Positions 49,280 through 62,620 are shown, numbered from the stretch's first letter. The stretch: DNA of 64,000 nucleotides from Camelus ferus (GCF_009834535.1 NC_045697.1:9364001-9428000), one strand, 5' to 3'. The notes: generated from the sequence alone by a model not told the origin. Numbers and translations: made by a program.

Positions 49280-50679
49280 ATAGTATGTGCATGCAATTAC
49301 AAGGAGGATCATTGTTACGGCTCTTAAAAGACCAAATGAAGCTTGATCTTGCTTCTACGACATATTTCTCTAGAACAAAAGGCTTGAGAAGCCCTTGGCC
49401 TGACCTTCGGACACTGCTTCTCAATGTATTCAAATGGCAGAGAGCAGGGCATCTGCCTCCACATGGGCAAAAGGGCTACAGACCCCAGAGTCTAAAATGT
49501 CTTAGCTGGGATACAGGGAGTCCAGCTGGGACGGTCAGTTGTGCAAGGTGGTGGAGACCTTTGTGTCACAACGTGGGCTCAGCCCTGCAAGCGGTATGCT
49601 GAAGGTTTTGGAAGAAGGGAGTGACATTCTCCAAGCCATGTTTCAAGATCTATCAGATAGCCGTCTTTGGAGGTAGAGGGACCCACTGGAGATTTGTTGA
49701 AGGACTCTCCCCGAAGGAAGAGAAGGAGTCAACCATAAAGACTTAGAATTACTCCTCACAGGGGCAGCTAGGGACCATGGGCCACTCAAGGGTTGGACAC
49801 AACTCAAAGTTGGACTCACTCTTAAAAGTTTATTCTTTAAATTTTGTTCTTTTGTGGTTCAGCCCACCAGACCAGGCATAGTACATAGTCACCAACATCA
49901 CACAAGTTTGTGGTTGTTTTTAAACCTCAGTTTTCTATACTTGCCTTTGTTCTTTGTGCCCACCTGCAGGTGATTTTCCATTTCCCCCTGGACTCAGACG
50001 TCAATACCTTATCAATACCCCTCTCTGCTGGTGTCTTTGGCTCTTTCATGGACTGTGTTTTCCTCCTGTGCCTGAAAGGCATTCATAATGGACTCCATCT
50101 TCCTTCACTTCTACCTCTCTGTCTTTCATCCTCCAATCCACGTCTATGTCCATTTTTTCCACTCTGAGCTCAGAAACTGCCTTGGCTTTCTTGCTAATGC
50201 TTGATTTCTTTTCACTCCTCGGTATTCATGCTGACTTTTTTCCCCTGACACAGTTATTGCTTGATGGCATTCATCACCTCTGGGTATAGAATCATTTATC
50301 CACTATGCATCCTTTCTTCCCTGTTGAAATTCACTCAGTGTTACCTTTATTCCCCTCTCCCCAATTCTGCTCTGCTGCCATCTGACTTTCCATTATTATT
50401 CTTATCAGCAGTCTGTTATTTATAGAGTGGAGAAATAAGATAAGCTCGTTCTAATATAGGTGGGACACAGGCAATGTGGCTGGGAATAAGAAATGTGAAA
50501 AAGGATGACAGGGCTACAAAAAGCAGAGCTAGGGGGGTGTTGCTGATGTCTGAATGAAAAGTGAATTGCAGAAGGGATTTGGTGTAGAAAAGTGAGGCTG
50601 CAGCAGACATAGTTACCTTCCGGGGGGATGGGGAGAGAGAACGATCATTGCGGGTCAACTGCTCTGTGATGAGTACCAT

Positions 50680-50830
50680 GAGAAATCCTGTGCCTGCATC
50701 ATTTCATTTAATCTTTGCTCTAGATTATGAGGCAATATTAGCCCTACTTTATGGGTGAAGAAACTGAGGTTTAGAGAAACTGAGTTATTTTCTGTTTGAA
50801 GCAGAGCCAGCACATAAACCCAAAGATTAT
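50680..50830 (-). mobile_element. MIR fragment
   Basis: 'atttcatttaatct...gaagaaactgaggtttagaga'. Confidence 0.8.
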
Positions 50831-50859
50831 AATGATGTAAAATATTCATAGTCAGTTAT

Positions 50860-51545
50860 TTGGCTCTATCTCAAAAGGGTTAAAATCTTACATCTATTAA
50901 TCCAATAGTCCTAGATTTATGAGTCCATCATAAAGAAATATGTTGCGATCCAGACAAATATTAGGTACAAACTGCTCATGGGATTGCTATTTGTAATAGT
51001 GAAAATGCTATCACAGTCGTATATCTAGAGTAATAGTTAAGTAAATAATGGCACATTTGATCAAAGAAATTTGATGAAAATTAATGTTAATAACATTTTA
51101 ATATTTGTAGTAAAAATTGGCAAATCTGATTACAAAAATATTAAAAATATAAAAATTAAGCATGCTATATATTTGCAATTTTTAAAAATTTACAAATTAA
51201 ATATTAATGTTTTTACCTTATCTTCCTCGAGTTATAATAAATAAAATGTTTTTCCTTCACTTTAAAGTAATACATGCTGATCTCAGAAACTTTAAAAAGT
51301 ATCAAAATAAAAAGAGTGGATAGAAAATGGCTCTGAGCTTTTTACTATTTAAATTTCTTTAATCTTCATAACATGAGTAGACAAATATTTTTATGTATAG
51401 TTTTCTGATTTTCTGATTCTCAGTTTGAACATTTTGGAAAACATATTCAAAAGAAGAAAAAAAAAGAAGTAAAATTTTCTTATAAATTTACTACCTAGAG
51501 ATGACCACCACCATTAAACTTTTAGAATATTTCTTATAACTCATT
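50860..51545. mobile_element. Old L1ME fragments
   Basis: 'aatccaatagtcctagatttatgagtccatcataaagaaata...tatttgtaatagtgaaaa'; very AT-rich. Confidence 0.55.
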
Positions 51546-52297
51546 ATTGCATTATTTTCCATGGAAGAAATCTGGTGCCCTATTGGGCTATTTTAACAAA
51601 AGAAAACAAATCAACAGGGGATTAGTCATAGGAGACAGTGCTCTGAAGACATTTGTGCTTATCCCTAACATTGTACATGGTACATGTAACATTGTACATG
51701 TAACAATTGTCAATGTCTCACTAGATTATAAAGCCCCTCCTACAGACAGCAGACATATGTTGCTCACAGATATGGTCCTAAAGTCTAGAATAATACCTAA
51801 CATTTATAGGCACCCAAAACGCACTGTGAAAGAATGATTTATACAGGAGAACTTGCCCCTGGGGTTTGTTTTCAAATTTTTAAAAATGACTTAATTCAAA
51901 TATGTTTCATAGTTGCAGAAAATTATGTTCCCATTTCCTTGATAACAAAAATGGCTATATGTAGTTCAATGCTACCCATTTTAGTGAGAGAGAAGAGCAG
52001 AAATAAAAACATGGTTTATTGGACAACTTTTGACACTGTATCCCAAACATTTGACCTGAGTTAAATGATAAAAAAGAGCAGTATCAATAATTGCTTTAAA
52101 AGATATCAAGCACATCAAGATAAAGCTTGCTTGTTAAGGATCACAGTGATACGGTCAAAAGATAAACGTTAAAACAGTTAAGTTTTTCCACAAAGGAAAA
52201 ACACTCTGAAAAACAGAAATTTGGGGTTAAAAGGAAGCAAGAGAAGACCCACAGATTCATTAAAATCACCTCTTTTATGATGGTGGTTTTTTTCTCC

Positions 52298-52875
52298 TTT
52301 TAGCATTATTGATGTATAATTAACAAATAAATTTCAAGATACTGAAATTATACAATGTGATGGTTTGATTACTAATATATTGAGGAAAGATTCCCCCATC
52401 AGGTTAACACATCCATCATCTCATGCATTTACTCTTTTTTTCCATTGATCAGAATGTTTAAGTTCTACTCTCTTAGCAAATTTCAATTATACAATACAGA
52501 GTTATCAACTACAGTCATTATGTTGTGCATTAGATCCTCAGACCTTATTCATCCTACAGCTGAAAGTTTGTACTCTTTTTCCAACCTCTGCCTGTTTCTC
52601 CCTCCATTGCAACCACTTTTCTACTCTCTGTTTCTATGAGTTCAGCATTTTTTTTTTAGATTCCACATGTAAGTGGTGCCATACATATAGTATTTGTCCT
52701 CTGTCTGGCTTATTACATTTAGCATAATGCCCTCCATGTTTATCCATATTATTACAAATGATAGGATTTCCTTCTTTTTTTTAAGCTGAATTTTTTATAT
52801 ATGTATATAATATATAAATAATATATCTTACATTTTTAATCCATTTATCCATCAATTGACATTTGGTTTCCATAC
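52298..52875 (-). mobile_element. L1MA8/9-like 3' end
   Basis: 'tttaagttctactctcttagcaaatttcaattatacaataca...tagattccacatgtaagtg...ttagcataatgccctcc'. Confidence 0.88.
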
Positions 52876-52879
52876 CATT

Positions 52880-53460
52880 ATGCTTTTTAAATTTTGATTT
52901 GTCTTTCCACCAACTGAAGCATATCCAAGTGAATTTTAAGGTCATGATTATCATATATTTTTGAGTCTTTGCATAATAATATTTTCATGTTGTTTGAAAA
53001 TGCTTTGATTGTTTTCCAATATGAATGACAACTTGGCTGACATAATATTCTTTGCTAACCTTTATTTTCTCTAAAATGTTGAAGCTTTGCTTCTTTATCT
53101 TCTAACGTTTAGTGATAAAGAAAAATCTGAGAATAATCCAAATCTTTCTATCAGTAGCTATTTATTGCTTTCTGAATAGTTGTGGGATTTTTTCGTTGTT
53201 TTATTTTTGTTTGTTTTTTGTTCTAAATTTGTAACACTAATAGTCCCTTGAGTATGCCTGGATGTGTACCCTTTTCATTGTTTTACATAAGCATTTTCAA
53301 GCTTTACCTTTAGGTCCTTTGAACTTCAGGATCTTAAAAACAGATTTATCATTAATTTTTCTTCTTTTTAATTGTTCTGATTTTTCCCAAAATGTATACA
53401 TACAATTTTTTGGTTGGATTTTCATTATCTGTTTTTGGTACTTGAAATCTTCCCTATTAT
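52880..53460 (-). mobile_element. Old L1ME/HAL1 fragment
   Basis: 'atgaatgacaacttggctgacataatattc...gaaaaatctgagaataatc' is antisense ORF1-like. Confidence 0.55.
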
Positions 53461-53629
53461 TGTTTTACTCTACATGCAAGTAAAACACTTTCACATTTTC
53501 TACAAGAAACATATTGGTTAGAATCAGACAATAATAACAACTAATAAACAGGTAATATATAAAAGCTGACTTTAAGGGTAACATTTCCTCACAAGTAGGA
53601 TATAATTCCCTCTACACTGGGTGCTGTTT

Positions 53630-54037
53630 TGCACGTGTTCGTCTGCTCAGGCTCTCATAAAGTAATTCCACAGCCTGGGAGGCTGAGACAACAGACACTT
53701 ACTTTCTCACAGTTCTGGAGGCTAAAAATCCATTGTCGAGGTGACAGCAAGTTAGATTTCTGGTGAGAGCTTTAGTTCTAGATTGTAAATGGCTGCCTTT
53801 CTGCTGTAACCTCACATCTCCTTTCCTCCATTCTCGTGTGGGAGGACTGAGATCTCTAGTATCCACTGCTCTTCTTGTAAGAAAACCAACCCTTAGGTTG
53901 ATTAGGGCCCCAGCCTTCTGATCTCCTTTAACCGTAATTACCTTCCTCAAGCTCCCACCTCCAAATACAGTCATATGGGGAGGGGTTAGGGCTTCATCAT
54001 ATGAATTTGAAGAGGGGGTTCAATGTAGTCTACAGCA
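53630..54037 (-). mobile_element. MLT1A/MST-type MaLR LTR
   Basis: 'tttctcacagttctggaggct...gattagggcccc...cccacctccaaatacagtcata...ttagggcttcatcatatgaattt'. Confidence 0.88.
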
Positions 54038-54754
54038 TTGCAATCCGAATTTATTTTGAGACACTGCGAAGAAAAAGTTTTATGAGGTAAACATTATGCC
54101 CAGTCTTGTGTAAATAAACATAAATTTCCCCAAACATATATCCAAATTAGTGCTTTTCTTGATATCTAAATACTGGGAACAATGAAAATTTCTTAAAACA
54201 CATTACATAGGAGAAGTCTTCTGTCCTTTGCCATCTCTCTTCTTAAGAGTAAAAGTAGGCATAGGGAGGTCGTTCATCCCACAAAGTATTGATGACCGTC
54301 ACTGTCAAATATTTTAGTTACTTTCAATGAAGATTGACAAGCATTTTTTTTCCCTAAAGATTTCTGGATATAAGTTTCATTAACATTTTTGTCAAAACCA
54401 ACACTATTAATGCAAAGATAATCTTGAACAGTTAAAAGGTAATAACTGTATTGATTATAAAATAAAATATCTATTTAAATAAAGTGTTGAAGACTACATA
54501 ATCCAGTGAAGACAACAAAATTTTAAAGGTGCAGTAATATTTCAAACAAAATTTAAATTCTAGTTTGGCAAGTGTTATACTTAGTAAATATTATAAGGAC
54601 AATAGTTTTTTATTTATATTTATTTACTTTCTACTTGCTAATATGTCCTAGATTCATATTTCACTGAAATAGATTAATTACATTATGCAAATGATTCACT
54701 TGGCATTTCTTCTTCATTTAAGTGGTAAACAAAACTTTGAAAAAATGAGGCTCC

Positions 54755-55235
54755 TATAAGGGTTAGGAATTGTGTTTTGTTGCTAGTAATGAAGATCTGA
54801 AATAACAGTGGCTTAAGACAAATAAGGGCTATTTTTCTTTTACAAAACATCAGGGTCAGAGATTGTCTGTTCCTGGTGGACATCGTATCAGAAACCTGAG
54901 TTCTTTCTGTCTTTCTGTTCTGCCTTTTTTTTTTTTTTTTTTTTCTTTTAAGCACCTGAGTTCTCAAACTTAAGTTTTCTTCATGGGCAGCAGTTGGTCA
55001 CTGGAGCTCTAGACTTATAGCCATGTTTCAAGAAGGAAAAAGGAAGAAGAAAGGACAAAAGTGGTGTTTGCCAGTTGCCTTTAAAGAACTTTCTACTTCT
55101 ACTTACATGTCACTGACCTTCTCTGTGCACAAGGGGGGTTGGGAGCCATCACTAAGCTGTCCTCACTGACACAGCCCAGAGGCTGTTTAATAAGACGTGA
55201 AATAGATATTGGGTACGTGACTAACAGGTCACCCA
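54755..55235 (-). mobile_element. MLT1 (I/J-like) LTR
   Basis: 'ttgctagtaatgaagatctgaaataacagtggcttaagacaaataagg'. Confidence 0.7.
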
Positions 55236-55529
55236 CAGGTCTTTTATTTGGTACCAGGTCACTTCCTACTGTGAATGTATATTTAAATGTACTGAATAAC
55301 ATTCTAAGTAATACACATTAAAAAATTCTAGTTATTAAAAATGTAAGCCTATAAGAAATCTATCAACAAGCTCTGGGTCTAGGTTTTATTTCACAGAAGC
55401 TACCTTACTGGATAGGAGGTGGAGGGTTTAGAGGCAGAGCAGATCAATTATTTATTTGGTTATTCATTAATTAATTAATTCAACATATTTAGCATCCTTT
55501 ATATTTACGCATTGTATAATTGCAGGGAG

Positions 55530-55760
55530 AATAATTGCTACATTTGTATAGTGCTTTACAGTTTATAAAGGATTTTCATTTATGTTTTTCCCATTTAATT
55601 CTCATGTAACACCAACAGGTGGGAAACAGGCATTACTTCCATATATTACTAATGACTTTGAGGAGTAAGGAGATTAATTAAGACGTGCAATCTGTAAAAT
55701 CAGTGTGGGTCAGATTCTGAATTTAAACTGGGGAATTCCAGCTCTTGTGAATGTTAATTC
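55530..55760 (-). mobile_element. MIR SINE
   Basis: 'gctacatttgtatagtgctttacagtttataaag...catttaattctca'. Confidence 0.75.
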
Positions 55761-55943
55761 TCCTGGCCTTAGAAATTGGGCTCTGCTGCGAATTAGAGAA
55801 CAAAGAATCTCTCTCTCTCAATCCTGGGATGTATGTAAGTCAGGAACCACCAAAGAAGGGTCTTTTGGGGCCGACAGGGCACCTGCTTAGCTTTCACGTA
55901 AACCTTTCAATGTAGCCATTTGAGCTCATCTAAAGTAATAATT

Positions 55944-56270
55944 CTTTTTTTTTAATTGAGATATAATTGACCTATAACATTATATTGGTTTCAGGTGTAC
56001 AGCTTATTGATAGACATTTGTATACATTGCAAAATGATCACCATAGCAAGTCTAATTAGCATTCATTACCATGCATAGCTGCACTTTTTTCTTGTGTTAA
56101 AAACTTCTAAGATCTATCCTCTTAGCAATTTTCAAGAATACAAACAGCATTAACTATAGTCACCAAGCTATATATATCCTCAGGACTTCCTGATTTTGAA
56201 AATGGAGATTTGTACCTTTTGACCACATTTACCCATTCCCCCCACCATTGCCCATTCCCCACCTCCCCAT
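55944..56270 (-). mobile_element. L1MA9-like 3' end
   Basis: T-tail, then 'aattgagatataattgacctataacattatattggtttcaggtgtacag...ttgtaccttttgacc'. Confidence 0.88.
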
Positions 56271-56359
56271 TTATGTTAATAATCTTAACACAAGGCAGTG
56301 ATTATTTTATGCAGTACAATGAGGGAGTCCCTAAGGAGTTTTGGGGTCTATGAAATTGC

Positions 56360-56960
56360 AATTTATTGAGAACCTAATCCAGATGAAGATAACCAGAACT
56401 TGGTTGGAAATGATGATCTATGGCTAAGAAGAAAGTTTTGAAGTTGTAGATCCTGGTTTTATCTGTACAAATATAATAATAAAAACATTGGGAGAAGAGG
56501 AGGCATCCAAATGAGAGAATAAAGGGGAAAAGGAGAGGGAGAGGAAGGAGAAGAGGAAGATAAGAGAGAGAGAGAAAGACTGGGACAGAGACAGAATGAG
56601 AAAGGAGAGTACACACTAATGAACATGGGAGCATCCCATGAGAAAGGACAAAAAAATAAACAGATTTCACAAAGTTTGAGAAGACATAATTTTACATGTA
56701 TGAAGAGAGCCAGGAATGAACAATTCCATGAGTGCCAAAGAAAGGGACAGTTTCAGAAGGATCTTGGCTGGCTGGCAAATCACTATCCTAGGTGACTGGT
56801 AAGCCATGAACAGCCTCTGAGAGTCTGTACAACCAAAGGCAAAGTGGCCCCAGACAAAAGTTAGGAAACGTGTAGGGGAGTTGAGATCATCAGTTTAAAC
56901 TGCTTTTCAAAGAAGTTCGTTAATGAAAGAGAGGAGGGAGAATAGGATAAATAGGCTATT
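56360..56960 (-). mobile_element. L2 fragments with a purine-rich low-complexity tract
   Basis: 'atttattgagaacct', 'actgcttttcaaagaagttcgttaatgaaagagagg'. Confidence 0.55.
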
Positions 56961-57317
56961 TGTAAACTGATGGAAAGAGGCTCTCCTAAATGCATTGAAG
57001 CTTGGGTTTCTAATCAAATAGCCACTTATATTTTCTGATAAAATTTATTGATATTTTATTTGAGAAAATTTTCTCAAGAGTGCAATGAAGGGCAAGCCAT
57101 GTACCCAGTTAAGAAAATGAAAAATTGATGCTGTATTTGTAGACTCCGTGAGTCAGTGGATTTGGTGCTCATCAACACAATGAGATGCCAGGAGTCTGAC
57201 AAATCCACAAAAGACGTGTTTCTTGCAGAGATAAGTTCTTTCTTATTTTTTACAAACCATTTTCAATTTTACTGCCAACGTTTTCTGTTATGATCCAATA
57301 AGGAGAGTTAATCTCAC

Positions 57318-57404
57318 GTATGAAACAGCATGACTTTTCTTCATCTCTCTTTTGAACCAAATCATCCCAACCCGTGGGGACTGGGGTTGTTTTACATTTA
57401 TCGT
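57318..57404 (-). other. Candidate 87-nt internal exon of an unidentified transcript
   Basis: Minus strand: long pyrimidine tract ...ttttctttgctcgttcttaacAG | exon | GTgaga donor; two open frames; no recognised protein. Confidence 0.3.
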
Positions 57405-57589
57405 CTGTTAAGAACGAGCAAAGAAAATGTGTTTCGTGTGACAGAGAGTAAGAAGATAAGACACAAACAGAAAAAGCCATGCTGAGGAAGGTTATTAACT
57501 ATTTTACTGATCTCTTTTTAAACAAGTTGTGGTGGAGACAGCACAGTGGTAGATTTGCACAGTGTGCACTAGATTTTGGGACTCAGAAC

Positions 57590-57800
57590 AATAGTGGTAA
57601 CAACTTCTGTGTATTGAGCATATACACTCTAACAAGCATTTTCCATGCGTTTAATGTCACCTTCAGCACTTCTGACATCACCTCTTCCCCCATTTTACAG
57701 GTGAAGTTTAAGTAAAATATCAGAAGGTTGAGGATTCAAAAGTAGTGAATAGAAAAATTAGGATTTGAAGCCAGATCTGTTCAAAATGAAAGTCTGCTCA
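57590..57800 (-). mobile_element. MIR SINE
   Basis: 'tgtattgagcat...ccccattttacaggtgaag...ggatttgaagccagatctg'. Confidence 0.75.
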
Positions 57801-59419
57801 TTATATATACTTTTTTTTTTCTTCAAAGAGGAAATACTTCATGCATCATTTAGGCATTCCCCAAAACAATTGTTTTGGAAACAAAGTAATTTTGTCATGT
57901 TAATAAACTTTTCTGAACATTTTTATGAGGAACCATGTAAAGCTTTATTAAAAATAAGAATTTTTATTGTAATTTAACTCTTACCTGAAACCACTGGGAA
58001 ATAGTTTGTCAACCCTTTGGGACCTGTTGAGGTTCTATTTTTGAAGTGAATATTATGGCATTCTATTTTTGTATTTTTTAATTTTGTGATTGACAATGTC
58101 TCATTGTCTATAGTTTCTTGTATTCAGAAGTTGAAAATTCTCAGCTGCTTATATTTAAGACAACATATTTTATCACTCTTTTCAAAAGTGGACATTTTAA
58201 TGGTGATCTCCATATGTTGGCAATATTGTTGAGATTGTGTACTTGATTGATGAAGAAAAAATAACCCCTCCACACCTCATTCCCGTTATAACTTCTTCCT
58301 ACGTCTGCAGTCTACTCACACTGTTCAAGCAGGCATCTTTCTCTGATTACCCTGGTAGAGACTCCTGGAGTTGCCCAGGACACCATCTGCCTCAGGTCCC
58401 CACTCATGGGCCCCAGCACCACCTTCCTCATCATGTCCCCCAGAGTGCACAACACTGGGACAGCAGCGGTTCAACACTGAACTGAACTGAAACAATGTAA
58501 CATTAAAGAAGACAACTAAATACAAAAATCCATCAACAAGTAAGTGCTCTCAAGTCAATCACTGGTCTACTTGCCAGGGACACTGTTTTATATTTTAGGT
58601 TTATGATCCCCTGTTCTCACATTGTCTGTTTCCTTTCATTTTATTAATTTTATCTAATTCCCTTTATGCCTTTGAAATATGGGAATTTTCCGTCTTTGAT
58701 GATGAGGACAACTTGATCAAAAATTTAAGAAGTGTCAAGTTCACAGCTCAGAAGTGGCAGAATCATTCAAATGCTGAATCAAAATCCTGTTTCTACAGAT
58801 ATGAATGAACATAAAAGTAACTTCCTCCCTTTGAGGCTGGCTGAATGGTGATCTCTGTCAGTGTGGGCTCTTGGAATTTCCATATACCTGCAGGCTATTC
58901 TCTTTTTTAATTTTCCTGTTTAGTTGAGTAACACTGCTTGGCCACAAAGACTGAAATTTTCCCTCTGGCTCATTAGGCATGAAGAAGTATAGGAAGAGAT
59001 TGTGGTTGTTTTTGTCCCTCTCGGCAAAAATACATCAATACAAACATGTTCTCATAGAAATACCAAGGATCTCCAGTAAAATAATCACAGAAAGTACCAT
59101 TTTGTCTTTACTTCATCTCCATTCTTTTTATATCAGATATTCTCTCTTGAATAGAATTGTGCATCCCATTGCAGATATAATGATCATTAATTTCACCCCC
59201 AAGACTAGGATGGAGCTATGACTCTGTGACTAATTAAATGCTGATTATGTGCTATACAATTCTGTCTTTTCCATTCAGTGCCACTAACATTTTCTGGAAG
59301 AAAATTAAGTCTTGCCAAGTAAATGTAAATGCTGATTTCCAACGCCCTCAATACTTAAACAGTTTAATAAGCCTCTAAATCTCTATTAAGTAATATTTTG
59401 TTCACCACTTCTAGAGTGT

Positions 59420-60635
59420 TTTGTGATTTCCTGATCAAACTGTAACTGATTGACTATGATGCCAGAAATACAGAGCTGCCTAAGAAAATAGATCTTAGTG
59501 AATCTATGGTTTAGTGGGTGGAAAGGAAATGGATGTTATAGACTGGAAAGTTGATGAGTTTGTTACACCGTGGAAAACCAACTTTCTAGGGAAGAAATGG
59601 TAAAATAAAATATCAGTCATGTGTGCTGGTAGTTATCGATATGCCACAGTATGTAAGGGAAAAATTAATCCAAGAGAGATTTAGCTGGATTACAAGCACA
59701 AATAAAAAACAATAGAAATTGATACCTTGAGTTGGAAGAAAAGTTAACTTCTTCTAGACTTAAAATGTCAGAGAACAAAACTAAGGAATCCTTTGAGTAA
59801 CAAAGACCAATTAGAATCTAGCACTGCAAAGAAAGATCAAATTAAAGGTGTAGTCTTCTTACTTAATCCTGGTAGTTTAAAGTTACCATTAGGCTAAGAG
59901 GGAGAGGGAGGTGGAAGGGTAAGGTGTTATAGATGAAGAAGAAGAAGAGTAAAAACAAGTTTAAAAACTATGCTTAGGAAAGGAGTTTAAATGTAGTTTC
60001 CAGTACATGGTATCACATGGAAGTTAATAGATCAGCAGCTTACTAAGTTGTTGAAGGAAAACTGCTTCTGAAAACAAAGCTGTTAAGTAGTTGAGACCAA
60101 TAAAAACCTTTAGACATTCCCTTATCACCAAAGAGATCCCCCTAGATAACCCATGCCCACTTCGAATGTGTTCAAAGTGGACCATAGTAGGAAGAAGCTG
60201 GCAGACCCAGGGCAATGGATCATGATGTCTAGGGATATCTCACTCCCACTTAGAGATTAGAGGCAGTGCCTAGTGAAGTAACTTTCCCACACACAGACAA
60301 TCTTCATAAAGCCCATCCAGCAGGATCCCACAACTGCTGTTGACCACTGCCTGTTACAGACCTTTCAGTTTTCCAGTTTTTGAAGCAAATGTTTTATTGT
60401 GGTCATTCTGGACTTACTTCTGTCTTGTATTATTGTGATGTGTGTGTTGGTGTGTGGGAGTAGATAACTTATATTTTTAGTTCCTAAGTTGTTGGACAAA
60501 GAGTTGTCACATTCAGATCAGATGGCAAGCACTGTACCTAACCCAGACATCTTGTAGTTTAAGCTAGACGTAGTGACTGCATGGAATGTCTGGATTTCTT
60601 CAGGAGGGTAGAGCGGAATGTGTTTTGTGATTGAA
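59420..60635 (+). mobile_element. MaLR (MLT1) internal sequence remnant
   Basis: 'gttttattgtggtcattc...gagtagataacttatatttttagttc...gtttaagctagacgtagtgactgcatgg' resembles the MLT1-int 3' region. Confidence 0.6.
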
Positions 60636-60639
60636 TAAG

Positions 60640-61172
60640 TATGTTTTGGTGGCCCCCGTGGTCCCCATCTTCTGGTATGCACATCCTGTAATGATCTCCT
60701 TCTCTAGGGTGTGGGCAAGACCTGTAACTCACTTCTAATCACTAGACCAACAGCAGTCATCAATCACCAATAGCAGAGTTGATAAAATTTCACTCCCATA
60801 ACCACATTACATTATATGGTAATGCTAATGAGATGTTGCTCCATGTTTATGCTATGTTACATAAGACTGTCTTGTTACAGACACATTCTAGAGTCTCTTC
60901 CCCTCTATTCCTGGCTTTGAAGAAGGAGGCTGCTATGAATTCTATAGCAACAGCAAACTTTTTTTACTGATGCCCTGAGAGAACTAGAAAGTAGGCCCTT
61001 CCCCAGTTGAGCCTCCAAATAAGAATTCAGCCCGATCCTCAGCTTGAATGCAGACTTGCAAGAATCTGAACAAGGAACCCAGCTAGGCCATGCTTGAACA
61101 CCTGGTCTACAGAAAACTTGATATAGAGGTCTCATGACTCTAAGTTTGCTGTAATCTGTTAGGTAGTAACAC
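60640..61172 (+). mobile_element. MLT1E/F-like LTR nested at the internal/LTR junction
   Basis: 'ggtgtgggcaagacctgtaactcacttctaat...ccccagttgagcctcc...ggaacccagctaggccatgc...taagtttgctgtaatctgtt'. Confidence 0.78.
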
Positions 61173-61650
61173 AGGTGTGCTTAGATCTTCAGTGACCAGA
61201 AGAATAGACAAGGGAAAGGGATGGTTTGCAGACTACCAAACTATTCATTTGCTTTTGTGTGTGTGTGGTTTATAACTGATATTGGGAAAGTGCTCCAGTC
61301 AGGAACACATTCCCAATCTCCTTTAATTAAGGAGGGAGCCATGTTATCAGTTCTGGCTGATGCAGTATTACCAGAAATGATGCTTGCTACCTCTGAGGTG
61401 CGTTTTAATGGGCCCTACGTGTCTTGCACATGGTCTCTTCCTGTTGGATCATATGTACTGTAAAGTTGGGGGAATTCCAAGAAAGAAGGAGCCTGGATCC
61501 CTGAGAAACTGTATGAGGCAGAAGTCTACCCCCTACCACAAAACCTATTTATTAATCTATGTGGACTCTAAAACAAAATAAACTTGAATTATGTTAATTC
61601 ACTGACACTTGGGATTTTCATTAAATATGTTAGCCAATTATGACCACAGT
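61173..61650 (+). mobile_element. End of MaLR internal sequence plus MLT1J-like 3' LTR
   Basis: 'gaaggagcctggatccctgag...aaaataaacttgaattatgttaattcactgacacttggga'. Confidence 0.65.
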
Positions 61651-61861
61651 AGCAAGAAAGTATTTTTATTATTGTTTATTTTTTTGTAAAGATAATTTTC
61701 TGGAATGAATTTTATGATATTTAAATGATAGGTCTTATTATGTATATACATAAGTGTATTCCATCTCTGAACTTAAGCAAAACAAAAACCAGCACTTACT
61801 TCTAATTTCATGAATACATCAATAGAACGAATGAATAAATCATGCTATACTGATTTTCTGA

Positions 61862-61905
61862 TGTGTGTGTGTGTGTGTGTGTGTTTGTGTAGAGAGAGAG
61901 AGAGA
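61862..61905. repeat. (TG)n(AG)n microsatellite
   Basis: Directly visible. Confidence 0.95.
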
Positions 61906-61939
61906 CCAATCATATCATACATTTGAAAATGTGTAAATA

Positions 61940-62155
61940 TCATGGCCTTTGGCAACTAATACTTAAACTTAAAAACTGGTTCCAAAAAATTCTGTGTATC
62001 TGACATTAGCAAAGGTATTTAACTTGTTTCTCCTTTTTGTCATCTTATCAATGTGCACAATATTTTACATTTAGCGCTGTTGTGAGAATGCAATAATATG
62101 AACAATATTAAGTATAATACTGAGTTCTTGTCACTTAGTATGTGATCAATAACTG
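61940..62155 (+). mobile_element. MIR (degenerate)
   Basis: 'ctgttgtgagaatgcaat...cacttagtatgtgatcaata'. Confidence 0.6.
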
Positions 62156-62527
62156 CTAAATCTCTTTCTTCTCCCTCTTTATCTGTATGCATCATAAAAT
62201 GTCAAACAGACAATCGACCACATCAGTTAGATATGACTTCTTTAGGACATTACTGATAGGAGTCATATGTCAGAACTTTAGGCCTTTAAGATGTGCAACT
62301 TTTTGCTGCAACTGCCCCTACTTTAGTTTTTAAGACAGTGACTTCAGAGCTTTCTGACATAACAAGGATTGCATTTACTTTGAAATTCCTACTGTGCTTT
62401 GATTATAAATACAAACTGACAAAATTGTGCTTTTGCAATAATTGCATTTTTACAAAATCTTCCAAAGCCTTTTGTTTCCATGTGCTTTGAACCAGAAAGT
62501 GAGGATTCCGTGAACCTTAAATAACAG

Positions 62528-62530
<3 letters not shown>

Positions 62531-62566
<36 letters not shown>

Positions 62567-62581
62567 TGTGTGTGTATGTGT

Positions 62582-62620
<39 letters not shown>
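62531..62620. repeat. (TG)n microsatellite, about 90 bp with three interruptions
   Basis: Directly visible. Confidence 0.95.

Noticed and set aside
51666..51710. Short tandem repeat of 'taacattgtacatg'
   Set aside because: Two to three imperfect units within degenerate repeat DNA; ordinary slippage, not an array
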